The notes under the pieces are model-generated. The model saw only the letters and a program-made list of their open reading frames with translations, ran no database searches and was not told the origin of the DNA. 64,000 nt of DNA. It comes from Mobula hypostoma. Its lineage: Eukaryota. The position numbers and the translations under genes are program-made. Of this stretch, positions 48,190 to 60,989 are shown in pieces (within the stretch, counting starts at the first letter, position 1; each line of letters starts with the position of its first letter). The stretch spans positions 118,732,001-118,796,000 of the forward strand of contig NC_086097.1 in the NCBI RefSeq assembly GCF_963921235.1. The letters run 5' to 3'.

Positions 48190-50146
48190 CCCCAGACACC
48201 TTCAAAGTGTCTATTACACAACCTCCAACTCCGACTTCAACCTGAACCTTGACCGACAGCACCTTCAGGCAGGGACTTCACATGCTGATGCTGGCATCTC
48301 AGGCTGCCCTCCCCCACCACTACTCTGCAATCTCATGTCTCTTAGGTCCCACTGTCAGTTTTTGGATCCTTGGAGAGTCAAACTTCCTCTCACTCCATTC
48401 TTCCTAAAAACCCCAATCCTCCCCTCTCCTCAAACACTACCAACCCTCTTCCCCCCTCTGATCCCAGCCCTCATCCTCTTCACCTGCCCCTCTCTGAGGC
48501 AGAACCTTTTGTCCTCAATAAAGACCTTCCCTTTGTCCGCTGCACCCACACCTCAGTGAGTTCCGCGCCTGCCATGATGCCGAGCTTTTCTTCCGCCGCC
48601 TCCGTTTCTGTGCCTATTTCTTTGGCAAGCACTCTCCAGCCCACTCCGATGACCCCCTCTCCCATCTTCAACACTCCTTCTCTTCCAGGACACCCCACTC
48701 TGGTCTTCTACTTGCTCTGGATCTTTTCATTGTTAACTACTGATGAGACATCAACCGTCTCGACTTTACCACTACCCTCTCCAATTCTAACTTCACTCCT
48801 TTTGATCTCCACTCTCTCTGCACTAATCCTAACCTCACCATCAAGCTCGCAGATAAGAATGGGTGGATGCTGTAATAGTCTGGCAGACTACTTTGCTGAG
48901 TCCAGGTGACTACTTTCAGACACCACCTCTTATGTACCCCCTGAACAGGACCTCACTAAGGAGCACCAGTCAATTGTCACCTGCACTATCACTGATCTTA
49001 ATAACTCTGGGAATATGCTATCTATTTCCACCAACTTCATAGTCCTCTTATACCGCACTTCCCATTTCTACCTCCTACCCAAGATCCACAAACCTGCCTG
49101 TCCACATAGACCCATTGCTTCTGCTTGTTCCTGCCCCACCGAACTTATATCTTCATAGCTCAACTCTGTTTTGTTCCCCACAGTTCAGTCCCTTCCTACC
49201 TCCAAACATGACACTTCATGCACTCTGGATCTTTACAATGACTTCTAGTTCTCTGGTCTCAATCGTATCATTTCCACCATGGATGTCCAGTCCCTAAACA
49301 CCTCCATCCCACAGCAGGAGCCCCTTAAAGCTCTTCACTTCTTTCTAGACAAGAGACCCAACCTGTTCCCCTTCACCACCACTCTCCTCCATCACTCTCA
49401 ATAATTTCTCCTTCAGTACCTCCCACTTCTTTCAAACCAAAGGTGTAGATATGGGAACTTGAATGGGTCCCAGCTATGTTTGCTTTATTGTCAGCTATGT
49501 GGAACAGTCTGTTGCAAGCCTACATCGGTATTCTTCCCCAACTTTTCCTACATTACATAAATGACTGCAAAAGTGCAGCTTCCTGCTTCAGTGCTGAGCT
49601 CGTCAAATTCATCAACTTTGTCTCCAACTTCCACCCTACCCTCAAATTTATCTGATTAAAGGAGCAACACTTTATATTCTGCTTGGGTAGCTTCCAACCT
49701 GATGGCATGAACATTGATTTCTCAAATGTCTGATAATTGCCTTACCCCTTCACAATTCCCATTCTTGTTTCCCTCTCTCACTTCATCCCCTTACCTACCC
49801 GTTCCCTCCCTCTGGTGCTCCTCCCCGCTTCCCTTTCTTTCATGGTCTTCTTCTCCTATCAGATTCCCCTTCTCCAGCCCTTTATCCCTTTTACCAATCA
49901 ACTTCCCAGCACTTTACCACTCCTTCCCCCCACTTCCAGTTTCACCTATCATCTACCACCTTGTATTTCTTCCTCCCCTCCCCCACCTGCTTACTTATCT
50001 TTTTCATCTTTTCTTCTGCCTCTCATCTTCTTTTCCAGTCTTGATAAAGGGTCTCAGCCTGAAACATCGACTGTTTACTCTTTTCCACAGATGCTGCCTG
50101 GCCTGCTGAGTTCCTTCCGTATTTTGTGTTTGCTGCTTGGATTTCT
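48190..50146 (+). mobile_element. Long decayed Penelope-like element (RT region plus terminus; most of GIY-YIG deleted)
   Basis: FYLLPKIHKP..RPIASACSCPTELIS (~49065), TMDVQSL.TSIP (~49277), QTKGVDMG..MGPSY (~49433), and a terminal segment with a decayed hammerhead at ~50036-50073. Confidence 0.9.
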
Positions 50147-50574
50147 TATGTTTAACTGGCTCAGCACATCTTTGAACTATCAGAGGAAGTACAGAGAGTC
50201 CTTGCAGAGGTTGCTGGAACTGAACTCCAAGATCCAATGCTCCAAGCAGTAATGGCATCATGCTAAAGGCTGCACTACCCATATTGGTCAAGGCCCCAGT
50301 GAGCTCTTCTCTTGCTTCTTTCAATAGCCTGCGGTATATCCCAACTGGTCCTGGAGACTTATCCACCTTAATGTTCCTTAAAAGACCCAACACTATCTTC
50401 TCTTTACCACAAAGTCCCCTCACATGTCAATATTATCAGCCTTGATCCCACCATCTTAAGTTTCTTTCCCCAGGCAGTTAATCTGATCAACAACTGTAGT
50501 TATCTCCACCCCTTCATCTCTTTTATTATCACAGTCAATGCATGGCACTGTGAACATTTTAACACTTTTTATAC

Positions 50575-52020
50575 TTGTTCCAGAGGACTGGAAAAATGCA
50601 AATGTTATCTCACTCTTCAAGAAGAGAGAGGGGCAGAAGAAAGGAAATTATATGCCAATTTCTCTGATCTCAGTAGTTGGGAAGAAGTTGGAGTTGGTTG
50701 TTAAGAATGTAGCTCTGGTGTACTTGGAGGCACATGATAAATTAGGATGTAGTCAGCATGGTTTCCTCAAGAGAAAATTTTGCCTGACAAATCTGTTGGA
50801 ATTCTTTGAAGAAATAACAAGCAGGATAGACAAAGGAGAATCACTTGATGTTGTGTACTTGGATTTTCAGAAGATCTTTGAAAAGGTTCCACACATGAGG
50901 CTGCTTAATAAGCTCATGGTATTACAGGAAATATTCAAGCATAGATAAAGCAGGAGGCAAAGATTGGGAATAAAGGGAGCATTTTCTGGCTGGCTGCCAG
51001 TGACTAGTGATGTTACACAAGGATCTACATAGGGATTGGTTCTTGTTACCTCATATGTCAATGAATTGGGTGGTGGAATTGACGGCTTTGTACAAAGTTT
51101 GCACATGATACGATGATAGGTGGAGGGGGAGGTAGTTTTGAGGAAATAAGGAGACTACAGAAGGACTTAGATTAGCAGAAAGGACATAGAAATGGCAGAT
51201 GGAATCCTGTGACAGGAAGTGCATGGTCATGCACTTTGGTAGAAGGAATGAAAGGGTTGACTATTTTCTAAATGGAGAGAAAATACATAAATCTGAGGTG
51301 CAAAGGGATTTGGGAGTCCTTGTACAGGATTCCCTAAAGGTTAGTTGCAGGTTGAATCTGTGATTAGGAAGGCAAATACAATGTCAGCATTCATTTCAAG
51401 AGGACTAGAGTATAAAAGCAAGGATGTATTGTTAAGACTTTATAAAACACTTATGAGACCTCACTTGTGTGCAGTTTTGGGCGCCTTATCTTCAAAAGGA
51501 TGTCTCAAACTGAAAAGGGTTCAAGGAGTTTCACAAAAATGATTCCAAGATTGAAATGGCTTGTCATACAAAGAAAGTTTCACAGCTCTAGGCCTGTATT
51601 CATTGGAATTTAGGAGAATGAGAAGTGACCTAATTGAAACCTATTGAACAGTGAGAGGCCTTGATGGAATGTATGTGGGGAGGATGTTTGCTATGGTGGG
51701 AGTGCCGAAGACTAGAAGATACAGCCTCAAAATAGAAGGGTGTCCTTTTATAATAGAAATAAGGAAAAATTTCTTTAGCTAGTGAGCGGTGAATCTGTAG
51801 AAATCATTGCCACAGTCATCTGTGGAGGCTGAGTTTTTACGTATATTTAAGGCAGGTGTTGATAGATTCTTGATTGGTCAGGGCATTAAGGGATACAGGG
51901 GAAAGGAAGGAGATTGGGGTTAAGAGGAAAAATGGTTCAGCCATGATGAAATGGCAGAGAAGACTCGATGGGCCGATGGGCCAAATGGCCTAATTCTGCT
52001 CCTATATGTTATGGTTTATG
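50575..52020 (+). mobile_element. CR1, 5'-truncated, decayed
   Basis: ORF 50538-50948 (PEDWKNANV..SQHGFLK..LDVVYLDFQK), ORF 51345-51542, and a CR1 3' tail at ~52000. Confidence 0.93.
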
Positions 52021-52041
52021 TTAAAAGCATATTTGTATTTA

Positions 52042-52796
52042 AATACCCAAGCAGTCCTTCCAGGTGAGGCAACACTTCACCTGTGAGTCGACTGGGGTGA
52101 TGTACTGTGTCCGGTGCTCTCGATGTGGCCCTTTATATATTGGCGAGACCCGACGCAGACTGGGAGACCGCTTTGCTGAACATCTACGCTCTGTCCGCCA
52201 GAGAAAGCAGGATCTCCCAGTGGCCACACATTTTAATTCCACATCCCATTCCCATTCTGACATGTCTATCCACGGCCTCCTCTACTGTAAAGATGAAGCG
52301 GAGGAACAACACCTTGTATTCCGTCTGGGTAGCCTCCAAGCTGATGGCATGAACATCGACTTCCGCTAATGCCCCACCTCCCCCTCGTACCCCATCTGTT
52401 ACTTATTTTTATACACACATTCTTTCTCTCACTCTCCTTTTTCTCCCTCTGTCCCTCTGAATATACCCCTTGCCCATCCTCTGGGTCCCCTCCCCCCCGT
52501 CTTTCTTCCTGGACCTCCTGTCCCATGATCCTCTCATATCCCTTTTGCCTATCACCTGTCCAGCTCTTGGCTCCATCCCTCCCCCTCCTGTCTTCTCCTA
52601 TCATTTTGGATCTCCCCCTCCCCCTCCAACTTTCAAATCCCTTACTCACTCTTCCTTCAGTTAGTCCTGACGAAGGGTCTCGGCCTGAAACGTCGACTGC
52701 ACCTCTTCCTAGAGATGCTGCCTGGCTTGCTGCGTTCACCAGCAACTTTTATGTGTGTTGCTTGAATGTCCAGCATCTGCAGAATTCCTGTTGTTT
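52042..52796 (+). mobile_element. Young Penelope-like element 3' part (GIY-YIG endonuclease plus terminus)
   Basis: ORF 52064-52369: GVMYCVRCSRCGPLYIGETRRRLGDRFAEH..PVATHFN. Flanking repeat TTTGTATTTA at 52032-52041 and 52794-52803. Confidence 0.95.
52663..52698 (+). ncRNA. Minimal type I hammerhead ribozyme motif (intact core)
   Basis: AGTC CTGACGA AGG GTCTCGG CCT GAAA CGTC GACT: stem I AGTC/GACT, stem II AGG/CCT, palindromic ACGT in place of stem III, GUC triplet. Confidence 0.85.
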
Positions 52797-53091
52797 GTAT
52801 TTATGTATTTATGCACATTTGTTCCATATCCATACTTCTATTTTCATGTAATTTGTTATTCTTTATAATTTTTTAACGTTGTTGGTTTTTGTTGCATGTC
52901 ACACAACACATCACAGCAAATTCCGAATGTGTGCAAATGTATATAACAAATAAAGTAGATTCTTGATAAAGATGATCCCTGATATGCTGAGGATTTCAGG
53001 CAGCTTTTGTGCAGACAGAAAGGCAGTCATTTTATGGTTTGAAGATATTTGCTCAGAAATGAGGAAAGTGTGACATAAACAGATCTAAATA

Positions 53092-53738
53092 CACTCAGTG
53101 ACAACTTTATTAGGCTCCTCCTGTATGTAATAATGTGACCACTGATTGCATGTTTGTGGTTTTCTGCTGCTGTAACCCACTCAATTCAAGATTTGATGTG
53201 TTGTGTTTTCAGAAATGTCTTTTGTGCACCACTATTGAAACGCGTGGTTATTTGAGTTACTGTCACCTTCCTGTTAACTTGAAAGAGTCTGGCTATTCTC
53301 CTCTGACCTCTCTCATTAACAAGGCCAAGTCATTTTTAGCCACAGAACTGCTGGTCAATGGGTGCTTTTTCTTCACACCATTCTCTGTAAACTCTAGAAC
53401 AGAGGTTACCAAACTTGTTTATGCCAGTAACCAAGGGGTTTGTGGATTCCATGTTGGGAACACCTGCTGTGGAGCCTGTTGTGTGTTAAAATCCCAGGAG
53501 ATCAGCAGTTTCTGAGATGCTCAAACCACCCCATCTGGCACCAACAATTGTTCCACGGTCGAAGTCACTTAGATTATATTTCTTTCTCATTCTGATGTCT
53601 GGTCTGAACAACAACTGAACCTCTTGACCATCTCTGCATACTTCTAGGCATTGAGTTGCTGCCACATGATTGGCTAATTAGATGTTTGTATTAACGAGCA
53701 AGTGTGCAGGTTTACAGTTTAAAGTGGCCACTAAAGTG
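53092..53738. mobile_element. Tc1-derived MITE with a nested hAT mini-MITE
   Basis: TA-flanked TIRs; colinear with 18030-18590 apart from the insert. Confidence 0.9.
53400..53466. mobile_element. 67-bp hAT-type MITE
   Basis: Imperfect TIR CAGAGGTTACCAAAC / GTTGGGAACACCTG, with a decayed 8-bp TSD CTCTAGAA / CTGTGGAG. Confidence 0.75.
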
Positions 53739-54499
53739 TATGTAGAGGAAGTAGCAAGAGGATGTGGTGATCTGTGTCAAGATGGAAAACACAAAAAATA
53801 TACTAAAGAATGAAGGTTATTTTTCGTCCATTGTCTTTGTGGCTTCTACATTTTATAAAGGAAAGTGTGTGTTTTCTTCCCCAGGGCAAATAATACATTT
53901 CTATACTTATTAGTAGATTATTCAACTTTCATTTACCAGAGTATCGTAATACAATTATTCTTTCACAAAGGACTCTACTATCAGATCATAAATTAGTTCA
54001 GACAAGGTCTAAAATAGCTTTTTCCGCTGGTTAAGTCCACAATGTATTGATCTAATAAGCTCACTTGAATGCAAGCCCTGCACTTGCTCACAGAATGACC
54101 TTCCCCAATTTGATCTACAGGACCCACATGAAGATTAAAGTTGTTCACAATTATACCACGACCTCTGTGGCAGACATCGTTTACTTTTTAATTGGAAAGA
54201 GTATTACTGGTTAACTACTTTGAATCCAAAAGATGACTTTTAGCTTTGATTTTCTTTTTGCAAGCAACATCTACAACATTGTTCCCCTCTGTGAGCTCTT
54301 CAAAAAAAAATCAGTCCAGTTCGTCAAACAGAATTTGACTTTAAAATGTCCTTTCAAATTTCTCCGGCGATTATTTTTTTCCCTGTGACTATTGTTTCTA
54401 CAAGTTATTCCAATAATAAAGTTAAAATGACCAGCCTGCGATAAAAGACTTATGATATGTTGTTTTTGAACAAGAATTCCTCATTTACCTTCAGGGTCT

Positions 54500-54965
54500 A
54501 AGGATCATAAAGTAATACAGCACAGAAGCAGTCTCTTCAGCACATGCTGACCACAGCAACCTTCATGTTCGTCCCAGTTGTTTGTGTTTGGCCCATAACC
54601 TTTCAAACCCCTCCCCTTCATGTCTCTTCAATATTGTAATTATATCGACTTCAATTACTTCCTCTGGCAGCTCATCCCAGATACTCACTATGTTCTGTGC
54701 AAAGAAGTTATCTCTTTCAAATATTTCCCTTCCTTTCCATCTCCTCTCAGGGTTGGAAGCAGCTTCTTCCCTAGAGCCATTAGCATCATTTTCTATGAGT
54801 CCTACATCTACTCTCACCTGTCTTTTACTCTTTATATACTTGAAAAAGATTTTAGTATCCTCTTTGATATTATTTGCTAGCTTCCTTTCATAGTTCATCT
54901 TTTCCCTCTTAACGACCTTAGTTTCCTTTTGTAAGCTTTTAAAAACTTTGCAATCCTCTTTTTCC
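54500..54965 (-). mobile_element. Two CR1 fragments (3' end and a mid-ORF2 piece)
   Basis: ORF 54563-54976 fuses YERKLANNIKEDTKIFFKYIK with FFAQNIVSIWDELPEEV. Confidence 0.8.
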
Positions 54966-55278
54966 TCCTTGCACACCTGCTGCCTTTATTTGTGAGTTGG
55001 CCGTGTCTAGGCCGAATGTTGTGAGAAATAAAGAGATGTCTTGAAAGGGATAAACAAAAGGGGTAATCTCTTTGTGCAAGTGAGAATCTTCTCTTAGGCT
55101 GGGTCATGACGAGTGCTAAGAGCTGGAGATAGAGACAAGGATATCTGACGAGAGAGGGACTGGTTCTCTTGCATTTCCATTGAGCAATACATTGTGTGGT
55201 GCAGATGAGTATTATTTTGTCTCTTTACTATATAACATTAATAGAGTACCTTTAATACATGCACAGTCCTCTAAGAGG

Positions 55279-55697
55279 ACCACTAGCTTGTCGTGGTTTT
55301 GGGGGCTTGTGTGCCTCAATGACCTGGAGAGCTATGTTGGCTGGAGTCAGGGCTTTATGCATTGGCACTTGGTAGGGTCACCCATGCCAACAGCCTAAAG
55401 TGTAGAGTACAGACTAAGTGTGGTCCAGCGGTCCTCCAGGTTTGGGGGGTTCAGCTCAGGGCTAAAATCCCTGACAGGCAAAACAAAATTGTCATGGAAA
55501 TAGCAATGAAAAATCCTTCTATATCTGAGAGCAACGGTATTTCTGTGTCTCCTCCCAGGACTTGATGACTGACAGGAGTGAAAAGTGAGAAGAAGCTACT
55601 GACACAATGAAGGAAGCCCTGAACACCGCCAAAGATGGAGGACCTTCATTGCTACCATAAATTCAAGCTGCATAACAGGCAAAAAGCAAAGCAAGTC
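55279..55697 (+). mobile_element. Bipartite RTE-derived non-autonomous element (5' UTR joined to 3' end)
   Basis: ACCACTAGCTTGTCGTGG..GGGGCTTGTGTGCCTCAATGA..GAGCTATG..GGTAGGGTCACCCA resembles Expander/BovB-type 5' ends as I recall them. The 3' part reads RWRTFIA before a short tandem tail. Confidence 0.65.
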
Positions 55698-56479
55698 ATG
55701 AACAGTGCCTCCTCTGTTCGCAAATACCTCTTGCTGCTGAATTGAAAACGAACTAAGACCAATATTTTTAATACATTTTTTGTTACAGTTTCTATGAGTA
55801 TGCACATAGGAAGAAGGCACCAAAATTAGGTACGAAATATCAAGCTGGTGACAGCAAAAAAAGGAAATAAGAGATTCCTTAAATCATTTTCTTTTCATTT
55901 CACCTTGAAGTTTTTGAATACTTTTTATTGGACTGATAAGACTTTCTAGGAATGAGCAGACCTAGATTATTGAGTTTCCCGGAAAGAATAGGATTAGTAC
56001 AGCACAATGTTAATAAATCTAAGAACACACATCGTACATTACCACTTCAAATTACAACATTTACCTGGGATGCTTACACAGAATCCATTTATTTCAATGA
56101 ACTGAGCCATCACATGTGATGGTTGTAGGTTACTGCTGACAGTAAGCTGTCACTATCATATTTTTGCCAGTAATGGAGTTCAGGCAGTGGCGTCAGAACT
56201 GTATCAGCAATTGAATAAGTCAGAATTGGAATCAGGTTAATTATCACTGACAATTTTCATGAAATTTGTTGTCTTGCAACAGAAGTGCATTGCAAGGCAT
56301 TCAAATGCCATAAGGTCCAACAAACAAATAAATAGGGCTAAATAGGTATGACAAAGTGAACTGTACTGCAACAATTGTGAGAATGTGGCAAGTTAGTATT
56401 CGGGTGATTGATCACACAGTGGATCAATTGCGTGGAGGCTTCTACCTTTCTGCGCAGGTTGTCGAGTGTGCATGTTTTT

Positions 56480-57340
56480 GTCTTCGATCAATCCGCGTTA
56501 AGGAGCTGGAGCTGGAACTAGATGAGCTCTGGATCATTCAGGAGGCTGAGCAGGGTGATAGGTAGGACATATAGAGAGGTAATTACACCCAAACTGCAGG
56601 ACACAGGAAATCGGGTGACAATCAGGAAGGGGAAAGGGGTTAAGGAGTCAGTGCAGACGATCCCTGTGGCCAGCACCTTCAACAGCAGGTGTATCACTAT
56701 GGTTACTAATATAGGAAAATTATAGTAGGCTGGTCTCTGGCACTAGATCTGCCTCTGTGACTCAGAAGGGAAGTGGGTAGAAGAGGTATGCTGTAGTGAT
56801 AGGGGATTCATTAGCTAGGGGAACACACAGGAGGTTATGTGGGTGAGAACATAATTCCTGAATGGTATCATGCCTCCCAGGTGACAGGGTCCAGGATATC
56901 TCGGACTGAGATTTCAACATTCTTAAGTGGGAGGATGAACAGCCAGAAGTTGTGGTGAATGTAGGTACCAAAGACATAGGTAGGATGAGTGATGAGGATC
57001 TGCATAGGGAGTTAGGTGCTAAGTTAAAGGGTAGGACCTCCAAGGTTGCGATTTCAGGATTGCTATGCATGCCACATGCTTATGAGGCCAGGACAAAAAG
57101 ATTATACAGTTTAATACATGGCTAAGGAGTTGGTGTAGGAGGGAGGGCATAAGACTTTTGGGTAATTGGGCTTTTTTTCCAGGGAAGGTGAGACCTGAAT
57201 AGAAGGGATGGTTTGCACCTAAAGCGAAGAGGAACCCAAGTGCCAGAAGAGTGAGTGGAGAGGTTGTGCAGGCAGATGTTGGTCAGACCTCAGACAAAGT
57301 TAGGAATCAAAAGACTGAGCATGGTGTGATGAGTGTCTTG
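56480..57340 (+). mobile_element. CR1 ORF1 region (SGNH esterase) up to the ORF2 start, which resumes at ~58460-58500
   Basis: AVVIGDSLARG..SCLPGDRVQDIS..PEVVVNVGTKDIG..SKVAISGLL at ~56790-57065. YFNATSIIG follows the nested Rex fragment. Confidence 0.85.
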
Positions 57341-57344
57341 TGCT

Positions 57345-58460
57345 GCTTTCAAGAACAGGATGAGCAGACTCTATTTTCTAAGGAAGCGGAGATCCTCAAT
57401 AAGTGCAACAGGATGTTGGAGATCTTTTACTAGTCTGTTGTAGAAAGTGCAGTCTTCTTTTCTGCTTTATGGTGCTGGTGATACAAAAAGACTAAATAAA
57501 CTCATCAAAAAGGCTGGATCCGTCAGTGGCTACAACCCAGACTCTTTTGAGCTAGTGGAGGAGAGGAGACCACTAAACAAACAGTTATCCATTATGAAGA
57601 ATCAGGCACGTCCTCTCTATGACCTACTGAATAAGCAGTGGAGCACCCTTTCGAACAGGCTCATTCAGCTCCACTGTCACAAGGATCATTACAGAAAATC
57701 TTTCCTACCAAAAGCAATAAGCATATACACCTCTGTGTGACAGAACACACATCATAGTACAATCGTCTCTGTTTTATTATTTTGTACATTATTTTATACA
57801 TTATCATCTGGTCAGGTCACTCGTCTGAGTGCTACTGGTACCATGTAACCCAGTACTACCTGTCGCATGGTCCGGTGGTCAGCGACTAAACCGGCTCCCC
57901 CACCAGGCTTGCCTGGTGAAGAGGGTGGCTAGACACCCTGCAGGACAAAAAACAAGACCTGTTAAAGGGCAGATGAACCCTCTTGTAGGGTCAACGGCCA
58001 TCTAGCAAAGATGTGCTGTGATGCGCGGAAAGGGCATCCCTTGCATTGAAGCTTGGTCTGGCCATTCACTGCAATAGAACTTCCCCCAGCCGTCTTGGAC
58101 CCCACCATCCCGCTGGATCCGGGAGGGGATGTAGAGAGGGTGGGTCTGGACTTGTGCAACCCCCTACTCACCTAAAATCCATTCATGCACACGTTGTTCC
58201 TTTCTGAGGAATGGGGTACCATCCCATTAACTGACTGAAAGGAACCATCATCATCCTATGGGATGGATAGCCAGAGACATTATTATTGCACATTGGTAAA
58301 ATATTATTGTGTGTATTATTATTCTGTAATTTACTATTAGTTAATATTACTATGACATTATTATTGCCAGGTGTGTTGTTAAATGTTGCTGCTGTAACAA
58401 AATAATTTCCTACTTGGCATCAATAAAGTACTTATTATTATTACATTTATTATTTTATTA
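57345..58460 (+). mobile_element. Rex1/Babar-type 3' fragment nested in CR1
   Basis: ORF 57447-57740 (RLNKLIKKAGSV..RKSFLPKAISIY) and an AATAAAG..(TTA)n tail. Confidence 0.8.
57808..58276 (+). mobile_element. 469-bp GC-rich non-autonomous element (RTE-like 5' UTR), flanked by a 10-bp TSD
   Basis: ACATTATCAT (57798-57807) and ACATTATTAT (58277-58286). Sharp GC shift against the flanks and several short perfect hairpins. The RTE assignment is inference. Confidence 0.7.
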
Positions 58461-58499
58461 TTATTTCAATGCAACAAGTATCATAGGGAGGCCAGATAA

Positions 58500-60655
58500 T
58501 AGTGCTGAAGTTGAAGTGTCTGGTTTAAAAACATAAGCAACGTGTAGTGAGGAGAAACTGTAGACAGGACAACATTGCAATCAGCAGGACGAGTTGCAAC
58601 ATAGAAGACAGACAAAATCGAAAAGAGTGAAGACAGGACTGCAAGTGTTATATTTGAATGCACATGGTATAAGGAATAAGATAGATGAATTTTCAGCAAA
58701 GTTGCAGGTTAGCAGGAATGATGTTCTAGACATCACGGAAACATGGCTGAAGGAAGACTATAGCTGGGAGCTTAATATCCAAGGATACACATGGTATCAA
58801 AAGGACAGGTAGGGAGGCAGAGGGGTGGCATTACTCTGTTGATAAAAAAATTAAATCAAATCATTAGAAAGAGGTGACATGGTGTTGAAACATTGTGGAT
58901 AGAGCTAAGAAACTGCAAAGGTATATAGACCCTGATGGGAGTTGTATATAGACACCCAAACCGTAGTAAGGACGTGGCCTACAAGTTACAACTGGAGACA
59001 GAAAATGCATGCCAAAAGAGGAATATTAAAATAGTCATGGGGTCTTCAATATACAGGTAGATTGGGAAAATCAGGTTGGTGCTGGATTCTAGAAGAATCT
59101 TTTCTAGTGTTCCTACAAGATGTCTTTTGAGACCAGCTTGTGGTTGAGCCCACTAGAGGATCAGCTATTCTGGATTGGAAGTTGTGCAATGTATAAAATA
59201 ATGAACCAGAATTGATTAGAGAGCGATAAGTAAGAGAACCCTTCGGGGAAAGTGATCATAATATGATCACATCAAATTCACCCTGAAATTTGAGAAGGAG
59301 AAGCTAAAGTCAGCTGTATCAGTATTACCGTGGAGTAAAAGGAATTACAGAAGCATGAGAAAGGAGTTGGCCAGATCTGATTGTAAAAGGACACTGGCAG
59401 GGATGATGGCAGAGCAGCGATGGCTGATATTTCTGGAAGCAATTCTAAAGGCACAGGTTATATTCATCCCAAAGAGGAAGAAGTTTTCTAACGGGAAGAT
59501 GACACAATTGTGGCTAACAAGAGAAGTCAAAGCCAACATAAAAACAAAGGAGAAAGCATATAATAGAGCAAAAATTAGTGGGAAGTTAGAGAACTTGGAA
59601 ACTTGTAAAACTAACAGAAGACAACTGAAAAAAGTCATTGAGAAGGTAAGGATGGAATACAAAATTAAGCTAACCAGTAATATTAAAGACGATACCAAAA
59701 CTTTCTTTGGATACATAAAGTGTAAAAGGGAGGCAAGAATGGATTTCGGACCGCTGGAAAACAATGCTAGAGAGGTAGTTATGGGGAACAACAAAAACAG
59801 AGGATGAACTGAATAAATATTTTGCATTAGTCTTCACTGTAGAAGACACTAGCAGTATAGTAGAAGTCCCAGGTGTCAGGGATCATGAATTGTGTGAAGT
59901 TACCATTACTGGAGAGAAGGTTCCTGGGAAATTGAAAGGTCTGAAGGTAGATAAGTCTCTTTGACCAGATGATATGAAGATTGATGGAGGAGCAAGAGAT
60001 CTGCAGAAGGACTTAGACAGATTTGGAGAAAGGCAAAGAAGTGACAGATGGAATATAGTGTAGGGAATTTTATAGTCATGCACTTTGGTAGAAGGAATAA
60101 AGGCGTAAACTATTTTCCAAACAGGGAGAACATTCAAAAATCAGAGGTGCAAAAAGATTTGGGTGTCCTTGTGCAGGACTGCTGAAAGGTTAATTTGCAG
60201 GTTTAATCAGGATTAAAGAAGGCAAGTACAATGTTAGTATTCATTTAGAGAGGACAAAAATATAAAAGCAAGGATGTAATGATAAGTCTTTATAAGCCAT
60301 TGGTCAAACCACATTTTGAGCATTGTGAGCAGTTTTGGTCCCCTTATCTAAGAAAAGATGTGCTGGTATTAGAAAGGGGCCAGAGGAGGTTCACAAGAAT
60401 GATTCCAGGAATTAAAGGGATTGTGGAGTGTTTGCTGGCTCTGGGCCTGTAATCGCTGGAGTTCAGAAGAATGAGAGGGTTTCTCATTGGAACCTATCAA
60501 ATATTGAAAGGCCGAGATAGAGTTAACGTTATGGGAAGAAAGCAGGAGAATGAGGCTGAGACAGACAATAAATCAACCATGATGTAATGTCAGAGAAGAT
60601 TTGAGGGGCCAATTGATGTAATTTTCCTCCTATGTGTTATGGTCTTATGGTCTTA
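58500..60655 (+). mobile_element. CR1 ORF2 (endonuclease, linker, 3' end) with the RT core deleted near 59970
   Basis: ORF 58594-58812 (VLYLNAHGIRNK..ITETWL), ORF 59355-59807, and a (TTATGGTC)n tail at ~60640. Confidence 0.92.
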
Positions 60656-60989
60656 AATGAAGAATTAATTCCTTGTTCTTGGTGATGTTGAATGTGAGGT
60701 TGCTGTAGAGAGAGTAAGGCAGTGAAGCATCTCTGCAGCAAAATACTGAAAATAAAATGTTCACCATGCGTTCCAAAACATTCCAGACTTTGATAGGTGT
60801 CTGAATAGCCTACACACACTTAGATCAGCAACTTATCCCTCTAAGTTGATTCTGAATTGCAGCTTTCTTCAATTTATATTGGCAATAGTGCAATTGAGTG
60901 TCACATGACCACTCCCTTTGGCTGTGTATTTCTTTCCAGAACAGGTGAGGTGCATAAAAATGAATAATGTACACAAAAACACCCAGTTT

